Source: Torpedo marmorata (taxonomy: Eukaryota). Taken from it: a stretch of 64,000 nucleotides of DNA. The notes under the pieces are model-generated. The model made no database searches, was not told the DNA's origin, and saw only the letters and a program-made list of their open reading frames with translations. Positions within the stretch are counted from its first letter, which is position 1. Each line of letters begins with the position of its first letter. The translations under genes were made by a program, and so were the position numbers. Positions 25,297-37,975 of the stretch are shown piece by piece. The DNA is taken from contig OZ360236.1 in assembly GCA_977017645.1 (NCBI GenBank), forward strand, positions 18,600,001 to 18,664,000, given 5' to 3'.

Positions 25297-26244
25297 GTTT
25301 ATAGAATCATTTAGGCTTTCTTCAATGATGCATCCAAACTGGGCATGGGACTCAACTTTTACCCTCTACGTTACTATTTTGAACAAGTTGTGCATTTGTT
25401 ATCTCTGACTCCGTTGGAAAGTGGCCTTTTTACTTTTCATAAAACATCCATCTCCAGCTAAATCATTTTGTAATAGGTCAACTGAACATAGAGAAGATAG
25501 ATTAATCACCTCATATAATATTGTTCCCTAAAAACTCCCACTCGAATCCTTTCTTCCACATGCTTTTTTGAGAGGCAGGATTTGCGCTGGACATTTAGCA
25601 AAACAAATCTCCTCCTCTATATCCTGTGCTTTGTGCCCAGAGAATGCATATTCTCTGAAAGCAAACGTCAGGAATAGCTACCCACTGTGTTTTTAATTAT
25701 TGAAGATTATGATAGTGGTTCTACCCATTTCCTCATCCTCTGAAGAAAGAACTTATGGCCATTTCCTTGTTAGACCTTTCCTTCCAGCTCATGAGGTCAT
25801 GTCCACTGGTTTTAGGTTCCACGGGAAGAAAGAAATACTCGTTAATTTACACTGGAACGATTCTTCAGCAATTTAAACACTTGCCCTCTGTCCCTTCCGA
25901 TCCCTTAGTCTTGTTTCTTTGTTGAAAAAAAAAATCCTTTCAATCTATCTTTGTATTTCTTGGACCAGAGCCCAGAAACCATCCCAGTAGGTATTCATTG
26001 CACTTTTTCCGGAAGAATTTCCACGGGGATGAATATACTCCACAGAAATCTTGTATCAGACACAGTTATTGGAGTGCATTTGTCAAGTCATGAACATGTA
26101 TTAGTTGATGGTTAAAGTGTATCTGAAATGTCTATTGAATTTTGCATTGAGGTTATTTATTTCTATACGAACCATAATGAATTTCACATCACTCATAATG
26201 TCATTGGAGTTAATTCTTTTACCAGGAGCAATGAAAAAGCAAGC

Positions 26245-26537
26245 AGCAAAGTGGTACAGTGACACAGCGAGTAGACTTGCTGCCTCACAGCTTCAGGGAT
26301 TGGCTCCGATCCTGACCTCGGACGCTGTCTGTGTGGAATTTACATGTTCTCCCTGTTACCGTATGAGTTTCCTCTGGGTGCTCTGGTTTCGTCCCACATC
26401 CCAAAGACATGCAGGTTAATTGGCCAGTGTAAATTGCTCCTAGTGTGTGGGGTGAGAGGTAGAATCTGGCAGGGGAAGGGGAGTTGATGGGAATGTGGGG
26501 AATTACAATAGGATTTGTGTAAATAGGTGGTTGATGG
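26245..26537 (+). mobile_element. Older HE1-like V-SINE; its tail resumes at about 27289-27325
   Basis: tRNA-like head, V-domain ggaatttacatgttctccctg...cccacatcccaaagac; interrupted by the GC-rich element. Confidence 0.8.
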
Positions 26538-27288
26538 TCAAGATTCAAGATTCAATTTATTGTCATAGTAATAAGACAGTGTCATATTCCATGAAATTTC
26601 TTTTTGCCTGCTGCAAGGCAGACAGATTCGCCACCAGCAGAAATTGCCTAAGCGCCTCTAACATTCCTTACAGTCAGAGAAAGAGAAGCAAAAGAGAGTC
26701 CCCCCAGAGTTACCGAGTGTCCGTAGATTCGCCTCCAGCGCTTCCGCAGCCTCCGCAGCCACACAGAGTCCAGTCCAAACGATCGACATCCCGAGCTCCA
26801 GATCAGAACCTCCAACACGGTCAGGTCGCCCTCGGCACCCCCTCGCATCCCGGTTCCGATACCTGGTACTCCTCCAGCCAGTTCGAGCCAGCCTCCAGCA
26901 GTCCGCAGCCCGGCTTGAGTCCCCCAACAGCAGTCTCCAGCAGCCCACAGCCTCCGCGGGTTCCTCGCCTCGAGTCGCCAGCAGCCCGCCGCATGCACTG
27001 GTCCTTCAGCCTCAGAGCCCCTCACCGGTCTGCCGCCGTGGTCTCCGTCCCGTGGGTCGTCTCCTCCACTTCTCCTTCTCAGACGGGGGGGTGATCTTCC
27101 CGTCCTCTGGTGCCCTGCTCCAGTCCCCCGCTTCCCCGGAGTCTGCAGCCCCTCGTGGCTGCTGCCGATTAAAAGGCGCTGCCATCTTGGGCGCAGACCC
27201 CGCGGTCGCGGGATCTCAAATAAAACCACCGTCGGCTCCTTTAACGGGCCGTTCAAAGCCCGTGCGGAACCGACGGCAGTCGACTGGG
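26538..27288 (-). mobile_element. GC-rich non-autonomous retroposon, 5'-truncated
   Basis: Highly similar and collinear with 19372-20122. Confidence 0.92.
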
Positions 27289-28520
27289 AACACTGGGAGT
27301 AAGGGCCTGTGACCATGCTGTGTACACTAAACAAGCAAACGTTGTGCGCAAAGTCAGAAGTATCTCATGTAAACATTCCAGTTAAGAAGAAAATGGATTT
27401 GAGGTGGGTCCCTAAAATAGACTTTCCATTCGAGTATACATAGGATCTATCCTCTTAGAGGTGCTGCGTGACCTGCTGAGTTTCTCCAGCACTTTTCTGT
27501 GTTGCACTACAATCACAGCATCTGCTGACTTTCCTGTTTCACCCCTGACTTTGCATTGTGTTCCTGTGCACGTACACATGACATCAAAACTAAATGCAAA
27601 TCTAATAATGTATTTACAAGTTGATTTGCAACAGCCATTGAATTAATAGACTTATCCATCACCACATCTACCCATCAGGTCCCACGACAAACCCTCCTTG
27701 CCCTATTTAACCTCCAAATCCTTCACAGGCTGTGATTCTTGCCCACTCATCCCAATAACCATTCTACCATTCAACCCTACATCCCCCTGCTGTATAGTAA
27801 TCTAATCAATCTGCCACTTCACCAATGTTATCTATCACCCAACAATCCTATCTGAACACATCTGAATCCTCCCAGTAAACATGCCCCACGAGCAACCACC
27901 TGCACACTCGCCTTGCCACAACCATTCTGCAATTCCCTGGCTGACACTCACCCTCATTATTCCTCTGAGCTCAGGCAACTAAAGCTGTCCCACTCATCCC
28001 TTATCTTCCTTGTCCACAATCTCCTGTTCTTTATCCCACCCACCACATCCGGTGCTCTGCAGAGGTGAGGTGTGTAAAGGCGTCTTTCTGTGTGAAACCT
28101 GTTGTGTTTGGTACCTCTCTCTGCAGTTACCAACTCTCAAGTCTAATGCACAAGGCGCCGTGGCTCCTTTAAGAGTGCCACTTAATTTCTCGGAGTGAAT
28201 AGAGGATGAGCTTGAGTTAGCTCCAGAATACAAATTCTATTTCTTTTCCCGTTTGCTATCTCTGTGTTGAAGCAGGCACGTCCTTCAAGTTCAATTGTTT
28301 TCAATTGCACTTATTACAATATCTTTTCTTGAGAAGTGTCTTTACTAAACTCATTCTAATTGCTTCAATGACATTGGTGCATCCACCATTAATATGCCCA
28401 AGACACAAGAGACTTTGGAATCTGGAGAATTAAAAATACAGCTGGAGAAACTCAATGGGTCAAAGAGCATCTGTGGAGGGAAATGGGCAGCTGGCGTTTG
28501 AGTCAATCTCCTACATCAAC

Positions 28521-28802
28521 AGCAGGATTGAAGGGCGTCTGCTTAGAACAGAGATGCGGAGGAATTCCTTTCGCCATAAGGTGGTAAATCTGTGGAATTT
28601 GTTGCCACAGGCGGTTGTGGAGGCCAGGTGTATTTAAGGCAGAGATGGATAGGTTCTTGATTAGCCAGGGCATCAAAGGTTATGGGGAGAAGGCAGGGCA
28701 GTGGGGTTGAGTGGGAAAATGGATCAGCTCATGATTAAATGGTGGGGCAGACTTGATGGGCTGAATAACCTATTTCTGCTCCTATGTCTTATGGTCTTAT
28801 CA
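28521..28802 (+). mobile_element. CR1 3' end
   Basis: RIEGRLLRTEMRRNSF..VVNLWNLLP; tail atgtcttatggtcttat. Confidence 0.9.
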
Positions 28803-30283
28803 GGACTGCACATTGAAAAGCACCGTCTGTTGTCTACACACTTGGTTCAGTGCCCCTTTAAATGGCCGAACATGATTTCCAGTAGAAGAATGATTCTAAA
28901 ACAGCTTTTCTTTGTCTGGCAACTGGTTCAAACTTGGCCTGAATCAAGGAGAAGTTGTGCCAACGGTCAATAGTTGGCTTTGTATTTTTCACGTATTCTC
29001 TAAAGCAGGTTGAAAAGGCTTGAAATGCAGGTGAGCAAGCAGATGTAAAAATAGATCTTTTTTAACCGTCATTATCTCTTACAATGGAAAAATATAACTT
29101 CTTAATGCAATTTCTACATTCCCAAATGTGTTATATGATATTCAATGCTGTTCCTTCAGAGTACAATATACACTTCAGTTCATCTCACAGGAATATGACA
29201 TTTGCTAATTTCACAACTATTTCTAAAAAAAGCTTTTCAGAAAAGGAAGTATCCATGTAGATCAAAATTATACTTTTGTTGAAACTCTTGACCCAAGAGT
29301 CAATTAATGGGATCATTTAAGGAAAACTCTCCCAACTTTTTCAGTTCTACTTCGTAATTTTTATATTGAATCTTCCGACTCACTTTGTTCCTTTCTGTCT
29401 TTGGTCAATGAAAATAATAAACTGCAGATGCTGGAAACATAGTGCATCAGGTGGCATGAGAGTTCAAGAATCAGTGCTGAGGATGGGTTCTGGCCTGCAA
29501 TGCTGACCATTCTTTCATTTCATTTCACTGATGTCGCTCAATCTGCTGAGTTCCTCCAGCAGATTGTGTGTTGTTCCAGATACCAGCAAGTCTCTCGTGT
29601 CACGAGAGTTAAAGTTTATCAGAGCAGTTTTCAACCTGAAACATTAACTCCCTTTCTTTTTCCACAGATGTTACCTGACCTTCTGAGTGTTTCTAACATT
29701 TTGTAGTCAAGCGAACAAATGGTGGGAGCCCACTCTATTTACAAACTTTCTATGTTCATCAATGATGAGAACAAATTCAAGAGACCAATTCCATTACCAA
29801 TTTGATGCCTTCCTCCCCCTTTTGTGGGAACACTTTGCAGGTTGCCTCACTATGTCAGCTGTGGCTCAGCGTGTTGTACTCTTACCTCCAAGTCAGAAGG
29901 TTGTGAGCTCAAGGCTGAAAGGTACACTTATGAAATGGTTAAGTTACTGCATTAGCAACCAGAGCTCTGGAGAATTGTTCCAGTGACATGGGATTGGATT
30001 CTGCCAATAGCAGCTGGAAAATTTAAATTCAAGTAATTAAGTAAATCTGGAATTTAAATGTAAAAAAAGTATCAGTACAGTAACCATGAAATTAATGGAT
30101 TACTGTATTGTAAAAATGCATCTGGTTCACGAATGTCTTACAGGAATGGAAATCTATCATCATTGCCCCTTTTTGCCTACATGTGACACCAGTTCAGGGC
30201 TCACAGGGGTAAAGACTATAAATATGACTTTGCCAGAAACGTCCACATGCTCTAAGCAAATAAATTAAAATAAGTCTCCAGTA

Positions 30284-31030
30284 CAGCCATTCTCAAACTT
30301 TATTTTGCTCTGCCCCCAAGGACTCTGATCAAAGTTTATGGGTCCCCTTCCCTGTGAAGCAGTCAAGTTTTGGTTTCTTCTGTACTTCTCTCCTACCGAC
30401 TACATAAAAAACAAAAAGATTTTGTGCGGCACGGTTAGTGTAGCGGTTAGCGCAACGCTATTACAGTGACCTGGGTTCGAATCCCGCGCTGTCTGTAAGG
30501 AGTTTGTTCGTTCTCCCCGTGTCTGCGTGGGTTTCCTCCCACCCTTCAAAATGTACCGGGGTCATAGGTTAATTGGGGTATTTGGACAGCACGGGCTTGT
30601 GGGCCGGAAGGCCTGTTACCGTGCTGTATGTCTAAATTAAACAAAAAATTAAAACATTAAATATTCACGTTATGTGTGATGAAAAGAAAACAAGGCTTTT
30701 ACTTAAATGTAAAAAACACAAATGCTGGAGAAACTCATCAGGTCAAACAGTGTCTTTTATGTAGCAAAGGTAGAAATACATAACCGACGTTTCGGGCTTG
30801 AGCCCTTCATCAAAGCCCTTGATAATTTGATGAAGGGCTCAAGCCCGAAACGTCGGTTATGTATTTCTACCTTTGCTACATAAAATACACTGTTTGACCT
30901 GCTGAGTTTCTCCAGCATTTGTGTTTTTTACTTCAACCACGGTGTCTACAGATTTTCGTGTTTTAATTTTTTTTACTTAATTGTGCTGTGGCCCCCAGGG
31001 GGACCATAGTGCCCCCGTTGAGAATGCCTG
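30284..31030. mobile_element. hAT MITE containing a V-SINE (about 30426-30650 +) and a Penelope palindrome (30711-30965)
   Basis: TIRs cagccattctcaa/ttgagaatgcctg; TSD ctccagta/ctctagta; inner repeat ttttacttaa(a/t)tgt flanks the palindrome. Confidence 0.92.
30826..30865 (+). ncRNA. Minimal type I hammerhead ribozyme-like motif (U3 variant); mirror copy on - at about 30775-30814
   Basis: UUGAUGA-A-GGGC(UCAA)GCCC-GAAAC(GUCG)GUU; Penelope terminal repeats are known to carry minimal hammerheads. Activity untested. Confidence 0.6.
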
Positions 31031-31172
31031 CTCTAGTAGATTGAGCACAAAAATTGAGGACAACTACGTTGTGTAGCATTGAAGGAGGGATGCACTCTTA
31101 GTGGTGTCATCTTTGAATGAGATTGAAACTGCACCCACACAGTTACTTTGAAAAGGGAAATCACCATGGTAT

Positions 31173-31381
31173 GAAACACGAAAGTCAACAATGTGATTGT
31201 CGTAAAAACACATAAATGCTGGAGGAACTCAGCAGGTCTCGCAGCATCTATAGGAGGAACTGAATGGAGTAAAAAAGTTGCTACCTTGAAGAAGGGCTCA
31301 GGTCCGAAATGTCGGTAATGTATCTTTACCTCCTATGGACACTGCGAGACCTGCTGAGTTCCTCCAGCATTTCTGTTTTTT
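31173..31381. mobile_element. Inverted pair of Penelope terminal units
   Basis: aatgctggaggaactcagcaggtctcgcag mirrored by ctgcgagacctgctgagttcctccagcatt; TSD aatcacc(a/t)tggtat. Confidence 0.88.
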
Positions 31382-32384
31382 AATCACCTTGGTATCCAAC
31401 ATATATTTCACATTTGACAAGAACAGTAGAAATTTACAATACAGAAAGAGTAATTTAGCCCATCCACCACATCCATATCTTCAAAAATATCAGGATAAAA
31501 TACTTTGTTCTATGTGGGACCTTGTGTGTAAATTGAGTATGTTGTTTCCAATATGACAATAGCGGTATGACATACTATGGAATGAGCAACGGCTGCTAAA
31601 GCTTCTTCATAAATGCAAGACTTTCTCCAAGTTCATCAGTAAGTGTGGACGAGAACCTTTTAGATGAATCTATGAGCAACTACTCCAAATGAGAAAAAGC
31701 TCCAGTGTAATCCAATCTCAGTTAACAGGATTATTTTTTCACACCCAGTGGAGTGAGGTTTTTCTGTCTAAATTAAAAATTGAAGAGCCCCAAAGCAACA
31801 CCACTACAATTGAACTACAATTCTCCAGGAGTCACCAACAAAGTTCTCACAGCGAGAAACATCACCATTCTCCCAACTCCACCATCATCAGTACTACCCT
31901 CCCCCACTCTGGCAAATGTGATACAGTATTATGAAAGTACAAATATGTATTCCAAGATAAAACAAATATCCAGAATTAGTGATGTGGAAAATGGAGACGA
32001 CTTCAGTGGAAACGTTGTTGTCGTTAATTCACTGGTCTGCTAGTCAATCTTTCACCAATGAGATCAGTGAGCTGGTGAAAATCAGATAGTCACAAACTAT
32101 TTTCACAGTATAAAACACTGAAAATGTTATGTCTCGCTGAATGTCAAGTTTTTAACACCATAATCATTGCTCAACAATTTCTCTGAACATAAAAACACTA
32201 AATTTAAAATTATTCCTGAGATAATTATTTCAAAATTATGTGAATTTAAACAGTTATACGTTTTTTAAAAATTTGTTTATGATATTCCAGTTATGATCTT
32301 AATCTCACATATAAAGCTCAGTCCTTAGTTTGCACTCTGTAAAATATTCAGAGAATAAGTTTAAATTGATACATTTTATTTTCT

Positions 32385-32605
32385 GCAGTACACAAAGGTG
32401 CTGGAGAAACTCATGCAGCATCCAGAGTACAAGAGGCAGCGAACATTTCGGGCCTGAGCCCATCTTCAGGTGAAGAACACCTGAAGAAGGGCTCAGGCCC
32501 AAAATGTCAACTGCCTTATGCTTTCCTTGGATGCTGTGTGACCTGCTGAGTTTCTCCAGCACCTTTGTGTACTGCACTAGACCCACCATCTACAGATTTC
32601 TTGCT
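32385..32605. mobile_element. Inverted pair of Penelope terminal units with canonical CTGAAGA cores
   Basis: catttcgggcctgagcccatcttcaggtg mirrored by cacctgaagaagggctcaggcccaaaatg. Confidence 0.85.
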
Positions 32606-32611
32606 GAGTGA

Positions 32612-33378
32612 TACACGATAGGCTGCAGACGCTGTGATTGTAGTAAAAACACCAGAATGCTGGAGGAACTCAGCTGGTCTTTTCAGCATCTAAAGGAGAC
32701 AAAGATATATTGCTGACTTTTCGGGCCTGAGCCCTTCTTCAAGGAAAAATCAGAAAAGGCAGAAGCAGGATATATCAGAGAGTCTCAGAATTCAAGCAAT
32801 GGGGGAGGAATCCAGACCAACAAAAGGTGTTAATTGGATGTGATAAGGGTCTAGGTGGAATTTATCATGTCTGTGCGAAAGGAAACAGGAAATGGAGAGA
32901 CGAAGGGGGAAGCAAGGGGATGGGGGGGTTTTAACGAAAGCCAGAGAAGTCGATATTAATGCCATCCGTTTGGAGGGTGCCCAGTCGGGTGTTGTTCTTC
33001 CAATTTACGGGTGGTCTCAGTCTGGCAGTACATGAGACCATGGACTGACATGTCGGCAAGGGAATGGGATTGAGAATTGAAATGGGTGGCCACTGGGAGA
33101 TCCACGCTGTTGCAGCAGACAGAGCCGAGGTGTTCAACAAAGCGATCTCCCAGTCTGCGCCCAGTCTCTCCGATGCAGAGGAGACCACAGCGGGAGCACC
33201 GGATGCAGTAGATGACCCCCGCAGATTCACAAGTGAAATGTTGCTTCACTTGAAAGGACTGTTTGATGCCCCGAATGGTGCTGAGGGAGGAGGTGTGGGC
33301 GCAAGTGGAGCATCTCCTGCGGCCACAGGGGTACGTCCCAAGGGGACAATTGGTGGGGAGGGAGGAGTGGACAAGGTG
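32612..33378 (-). mobile_element. Penelope-like element (Cys linker, GIY-YIG domain and terminal repeat)
   Basis: GTYPCGRRRCSTC..VIYCIRCSRCGLLCIGETGRRLGDRFVEH in ORF 32956..33579. Confidence 0.93.
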
Positions 33379-33384
33379 GGAGTT

Positions 33385-34148
33385 CGCGGCGGAGGCTCGG
33401 TCCTGTAGGTCGCAGGGGCCAAGTTGGAAATCCGCGTCTGAAGCTCGGTTCTGTCGGTCGCCGAGTTCAGGGTGAAAGTTCATGTCGGAGGCTCGATTCT
33501 GTAGGTTGCCAGGGCCGAAACGGAGACCCACATGTGAAGCCTGGTCCTGTGGGCCGGCGGGTTCAGGGTGAAAGTTCATGTCGGAGGCTTAATCCTGTTG
33601 CCTCCGGGGGAGTAGCGGACCGGCGCAGGGCACCAGAAACTGGGAGAACACCCCTCCCGTTGAGAAGGAGAAACCAAGGAGATGACCCAACCGGGAAGTT
33701 GACTACGGCGGCGGATCAGTGAGGGGCTCAGCGGCTGAGGGGACCCACACAGTCTGTGGGCGACTTGCGATCGGGGGACCTGCATGGGCTGCAGGCTACT
33801 GAAGATTGGCTCATGGGAACCAGGTATTGGAGCCGGGATTTGAGAGGGTGATGAGGGCAAGAAGGGCTCCCGAAGGGCCTCGGGCGCTGAAGGCTTTCTG
33901 ATTGTATCGGAGGTTTGGATCTGGAGCTCGGATTGCCAATGAATCGTACAGGAGTCTGTGCGGCTGCAGAGGCTGCGGGAGGTGAATCCATGGATACTCA
34001 GTGACTCTAAAGGGACTCTCTTTTGCTTGTCTTTCTGCTTACTGTAAGGGGCACTGGGCATCACCCATGGTGACTCTTTGTCTGCCTTACAGCAGGTAGA
34101 AGGCAATTTTGTGTAATATTACATGACAATAAAGGAATCTTCAATCTT
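33385..34148 (+). mobile_element. Diverged GC-rich retroposon copy preceded by degenerate ~48-bp repeats
   Basis: Repeat cores (cggaggctcggtcctgt / tgaagctcggttctgt) near 33390, 33439, 33486, 33535 and 33582; family 3' end catgacaataaaggaatcttcaatctt. Confidence 0.8.
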
Positions 34149-34464
34149 ATTTCTTTATCTATTGTTTCAGAGAATTGTCCATCTATCCCGTTTGATAACA
34201 TTCCTGTTGCTAGGTCAGAGATCCACCTTACCTGATGCTTGATTACAACTAATGCTGCCAAAGAAATTGCTAGATCTCCTTGGGAAAATTTCTTCAAGGT
34301 CAGTGGTGAGCCCTGCCACTTCATTCATACAATCGTTATGACGTACATTGGACGTTAACAGTGCTACACCCTGTCTTTTCAGTACATTATGCTCATTCAA
34401 TTTGCAGATTTTAAAGGGCATTCTTTTGGAAACGCATTGATGAAGAATTATATTTATTTAATAT

Positions 34465-34740
34465 GGGTGGCACGGTTAGTATAGCGGTTAGCGCAACGCT
34501 GTTACAGCGCCAGTGATTGGGACCGGGGTTCGAATCCCGTGCTATATGTAAGGAGTTTGTACATTCTCCCCGTGTCTGCGTGGGTTTTCCCCGGGGGCTC
34601 CGGTTTTCTCCCACCCTTCAAAACGTACCGGGGGTTGTAGGTCAATTGGGTGTAACTGGGCGGCACGGACTCGTGGGCCGAAATGGCCTGTTACCGTGCT
34701 GTAGGTCTAAATTTAAAAAAAAAAAAAAAAAAAATTTAAA
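34465..34740 (+). mobile_element. Full-length tRNA-derived V-SINE
   Basis: gggtggcacggttagtatagcggttag (A-box), ggttcgaatccc (B-box), V-domain, tail gggccgaaatggcctgttaccgtgctgta resembling the CR1 end at about 48700. Confidence 0.95.
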
Positions 34741-35435
34741 ACAGAAGCTGCAATGTACATGAGAGATTATGGGAGAGATCAAATAAAAAGAAACAGGGAA
34801 AGGCATTAACTTTTTAATTTTCAAATTAGCATTAGAGGGGTTTGTCTTTGATTTTAGTATAGTTTTTACATTTACAACTTTTATGATTTTAATTACTATT
34901 TCCAGATTTTGTGAGTTACTTTATAAGATAATAATCCTTTTTCAGTGGAGACGATGGCCCAGTTGAATCCAAGCATACTGTGGATTAATTATGCAGAGAA
35001 CTGCGGTGCCTCCCCAATTCCTATTAAGGCACAGTTCAAACTGTCTAAGCAGTTTGGTATTTGCTTTGGAACTGTGTTTTCCATTTTCTTTTTTTTAAGC
35101 TGATTGTTCAGTGCAGGAACGTACAACTCTGGTAGCTATCACATTACTGACTTAATGAAATACCATGAAATTAACTGAGACACTACCTCAGAACCCATCA
35201 GCAGCCACTATCAGGTTACTGACTAAGTGACTTGAACAGAAATTGACTGAGACACTCGTTTGTACTGGCAAGTGGGCCTACTCTATTGCTGCTTGTTGAG
35301 ACCATTTTATGTCATTTGCATTTTTTTTAACCTAAACCTTGCACAGCTTTACTAGAAAAAAGCTTCAGAATGCTGATGAAAAATCAAAACACTCTTGATT
35401 GGTGCTAAACTCCCGTTTCTGCCCTGTGACGAATA

Positions 35436-35660
35436 TTTTAAAAAAAATCAATTTAGAGATGCAGCAGGCCCTTCCGGCCCACGTCACCAAAATACACCCA
35501 TGTGACCAATTAACCAAACAATCACATATGTTTTGGAGGGTGGGGGGACCCAGGGAAACCCACGCAGACATGGGGAGAACGTACAAACTCCTTACAGACA
35601 GCGCTGGATTCGAAACTGGGTCGCTGGCGCTGTAGTAGCATTGCACTAACCGCTACGCTA
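35436..35660 (-). mobile_element. tRNA-derived V-SINE
   Basis: Reverse complement of the same family. Confidence 0.88.
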
Positions 35661-36079
35661 AATATGTTTGCATTATTGTAAAGACTCAGTCACCATTTTT
35701 TTGTACATAAGATCAAACAATTCAGCAGGAGGCAGCAGGCTATTCCAAACATGATACAGGACTGAACAGTGTTGTCTCATGACTTATGATTTAATGTGAC
35801 TGCATCAATGGTAATGTACTATACTTGACCTATCCAGAGCATCTTAGTTCTCATGTATTGCCTGTCTAACCTTACAGTATAAAGTGTAGAGTAAATTTAG
35901 CACTTTGAGAGGAAGCTATGATATTATGGAACTCCACTCAAGCCTATTTGGTATCACAGAGATCTCTGCTAACCCTTGTCTGAGGAAATGTTCACTGCCT
36001 TCACATCTGAATGATTTATTCTGACTCCATCATCACCTTCTGCTGCCCAGGTTAGGCAACTAACATAATGAAGAACCCA

Positions 36080-36395
36080 TCTCACCTTGGATACCCTCTA
36101 ATCTCCCTCCTCCCATCGGGGTAAAGGTACCAGAGTGTGAATTTGCGCACAAACAGGCTTAAAGGTAGTTTCTTCCTCGCAGCCATCGGTCTATTGAACA
36201 AACCCCTCAACAGTGCTTTTCTGCTGCTTTTGCTATGTACTGATTGATCTTTCTCATTGAAACCCTCTGCTCTGCAAGTGTGCTCTTGCCCTACTACATT
36301 GTACGGTTGTATTAATGTTGGAGTTGACTTGCTAGATGTTTGCTGAAGAACCCTGCGCATTTACAAGGTATAATGTGACAATAAACTTGAACTTG
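36080..36395 (+). mobile_element. Rex1/Babar-type LINE 3' end
   Basis: HLGYPLISLLPSG.RYQSVNLRTNRLKGSFFLAAIGLLN-like remnant; tail gacaataaacttgaacttg. Confidence 0.75.
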
Positions 36396-36454
36396 CTTTA
36401 TGGTGTTTTGACTCTCCTTATCTGCCCTGTAAAACTCTTTAATCATTGTAAATA

Positions 36455-36869
36455 CTGTATATACTCATGTAATTGTCGATACCGTGTAATAGTCGACCCC
36501 CCTATTTTTGACCCCGATCGCCCGCCCATCAGAGCTCCTGATGCCACGACAGCGGACTCTCACCCTGGCCGCCCATCCGAACTCCGGAACACGGATCCTC
36601 GCCCCGGCCGGCCGCCCATCCGAGCTCCTGATGCCCTGGCCGCCTGCCCATCCGAATTCTTGATGCCCCGGCCGCCCGCCCATTCGAATTCCTGATGCCC
36701 CGGCCGCCCGCCCATCCGAGCTCCCGACGTCCCGACCGCAGACTTACCACCCAGCCATCTCAGCTCCTGACGCCTTGGACAAAGGTTTGACCCATGTAAA
36801 AGTCAATCCCCCCTTTGTTGGCCCAAAAATGTGATCCAAAAAATTCAACGATTACACGAGTATATATGG
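36455..36869. mobile_element. Tc1/mariner (Tc2/pogo-like) MITE with an internal GC-rich minisatellite
   Basis: TIRs ctgtatatactcatgtaattgtcga / tcaacgattacacgagtatatatgg; TA on both sides; ~32-bp units ccccggccgcccgcccatccgagctcctgatg. Confidence 0.85.
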
Positions 36870-37438
36870 TACATCAATTAGATCATCCATTGATCTATAA
36901 ACAAAGCAATAACTGAATAGTGCGTGTAACCTGTGCTCTTGATTTAGCCTTTCTTGTCTTGGCAGAATATTCTGATGGATGGTGATGTCCCTCCACCAAA
37001 ACCAATACTTCCTTCCAGAACTATTTGCTCTCCTCCACATGAGTGGCTCACCAGATATCAGTTCAGGTACAACACATTTTCCACCTGCTCGCTATTCCAG
37101 CTCTCATGAGATAAAATCTACCACCTCTGAAGTCCATCCATACTTTTCATACACACCGGTGGGCCACTGTAGATTGCCACTAGTGTGTGGGTGAATGGGA
37201 GAATTTGGGAGGGGTTGATGAGAATATGGGGAGAATTAAATGGGGGATGAGGGTAAATGGATGCATGATGGTCTGCAGTAGGCTGTCTGTCTCTATGATA
37301 TCCACTAAGTAAAGCTCACAGTGCTTCCACAGTTCTTACATTCCAGCCATTTAGTAAACTCTTGGATCCATATTTCATGGGTCCAAAGTGGAGGACTCAA
37401 ACTTCTCAATACTGAATGTTATTTGCCACAGTCTAACC

Positions 37439-37677
37439 CAGCCATTCTCAACAGGGGCCCTAGGTCACCCCCCGCCCCCGCCCCCGCCCCCCTTGCACAG
37501 CACATTTAAGTAAGAGTTTTCTTTTCACCTCACATAAAAAAGATTTTTAATGTTTGTTATGTTGTCGGAAGAAACCAAACCTTGACTGCTTCACATGAAA
37601 GGGGGCTCATAATCTTTGAGCAGAGTCCTGGGGGGGTGGGGTGGGGGGCACAGCCAAAAAATGGTTGAGAATGGCTG
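37439..37677. mobile_element. hAT MITE (cagccattctcaac family)
   Basis: Perfect 14-bp TIRs and perfect TSD gtctaacc. Confidence 0.93.
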
Positions 37678-37784
37678 GTCTAACCCACATGATCTATCAG
37701 GATCTCACTTTTGAAATTTCGTATGATATACTGTGTGTCAGCAGTAAGCTCAAATGTGTGACTCTCCCTTGTTTCATTTAGCGA

Positions 37785-37975
37785 AGTCAAGTCTATTACA
37801 ACCCGACGAAACAGTGTTCTCCGGTCCTCGGTGCAAAACACGCAGACGCATAGCCAGACATAAGACACATACAGACAAACAATACATATGCAGGACAAGT
37901 ATTCATGTATACAAATAAATAAATAAATATTGTTTCATAAATATGAGAGTCTTGGATGGTTAGTGTATCAGTTTA
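37785..37975 (-). mobile_element. LINE 3' UTR fragment (related + copy at about 39930-40162)
   Basis: Shared ttttgcac.gaggac.ggagaac.ctgtttcgtcgggttgta followed by short-repeat tails. Confidence 0.75.

Noticed and set aside
34465-34540. tRNA genes at A-box/B-box motifs
   Set aside because: All are SINE heads continuing into V-domain and tail; no complete cloverleaf.
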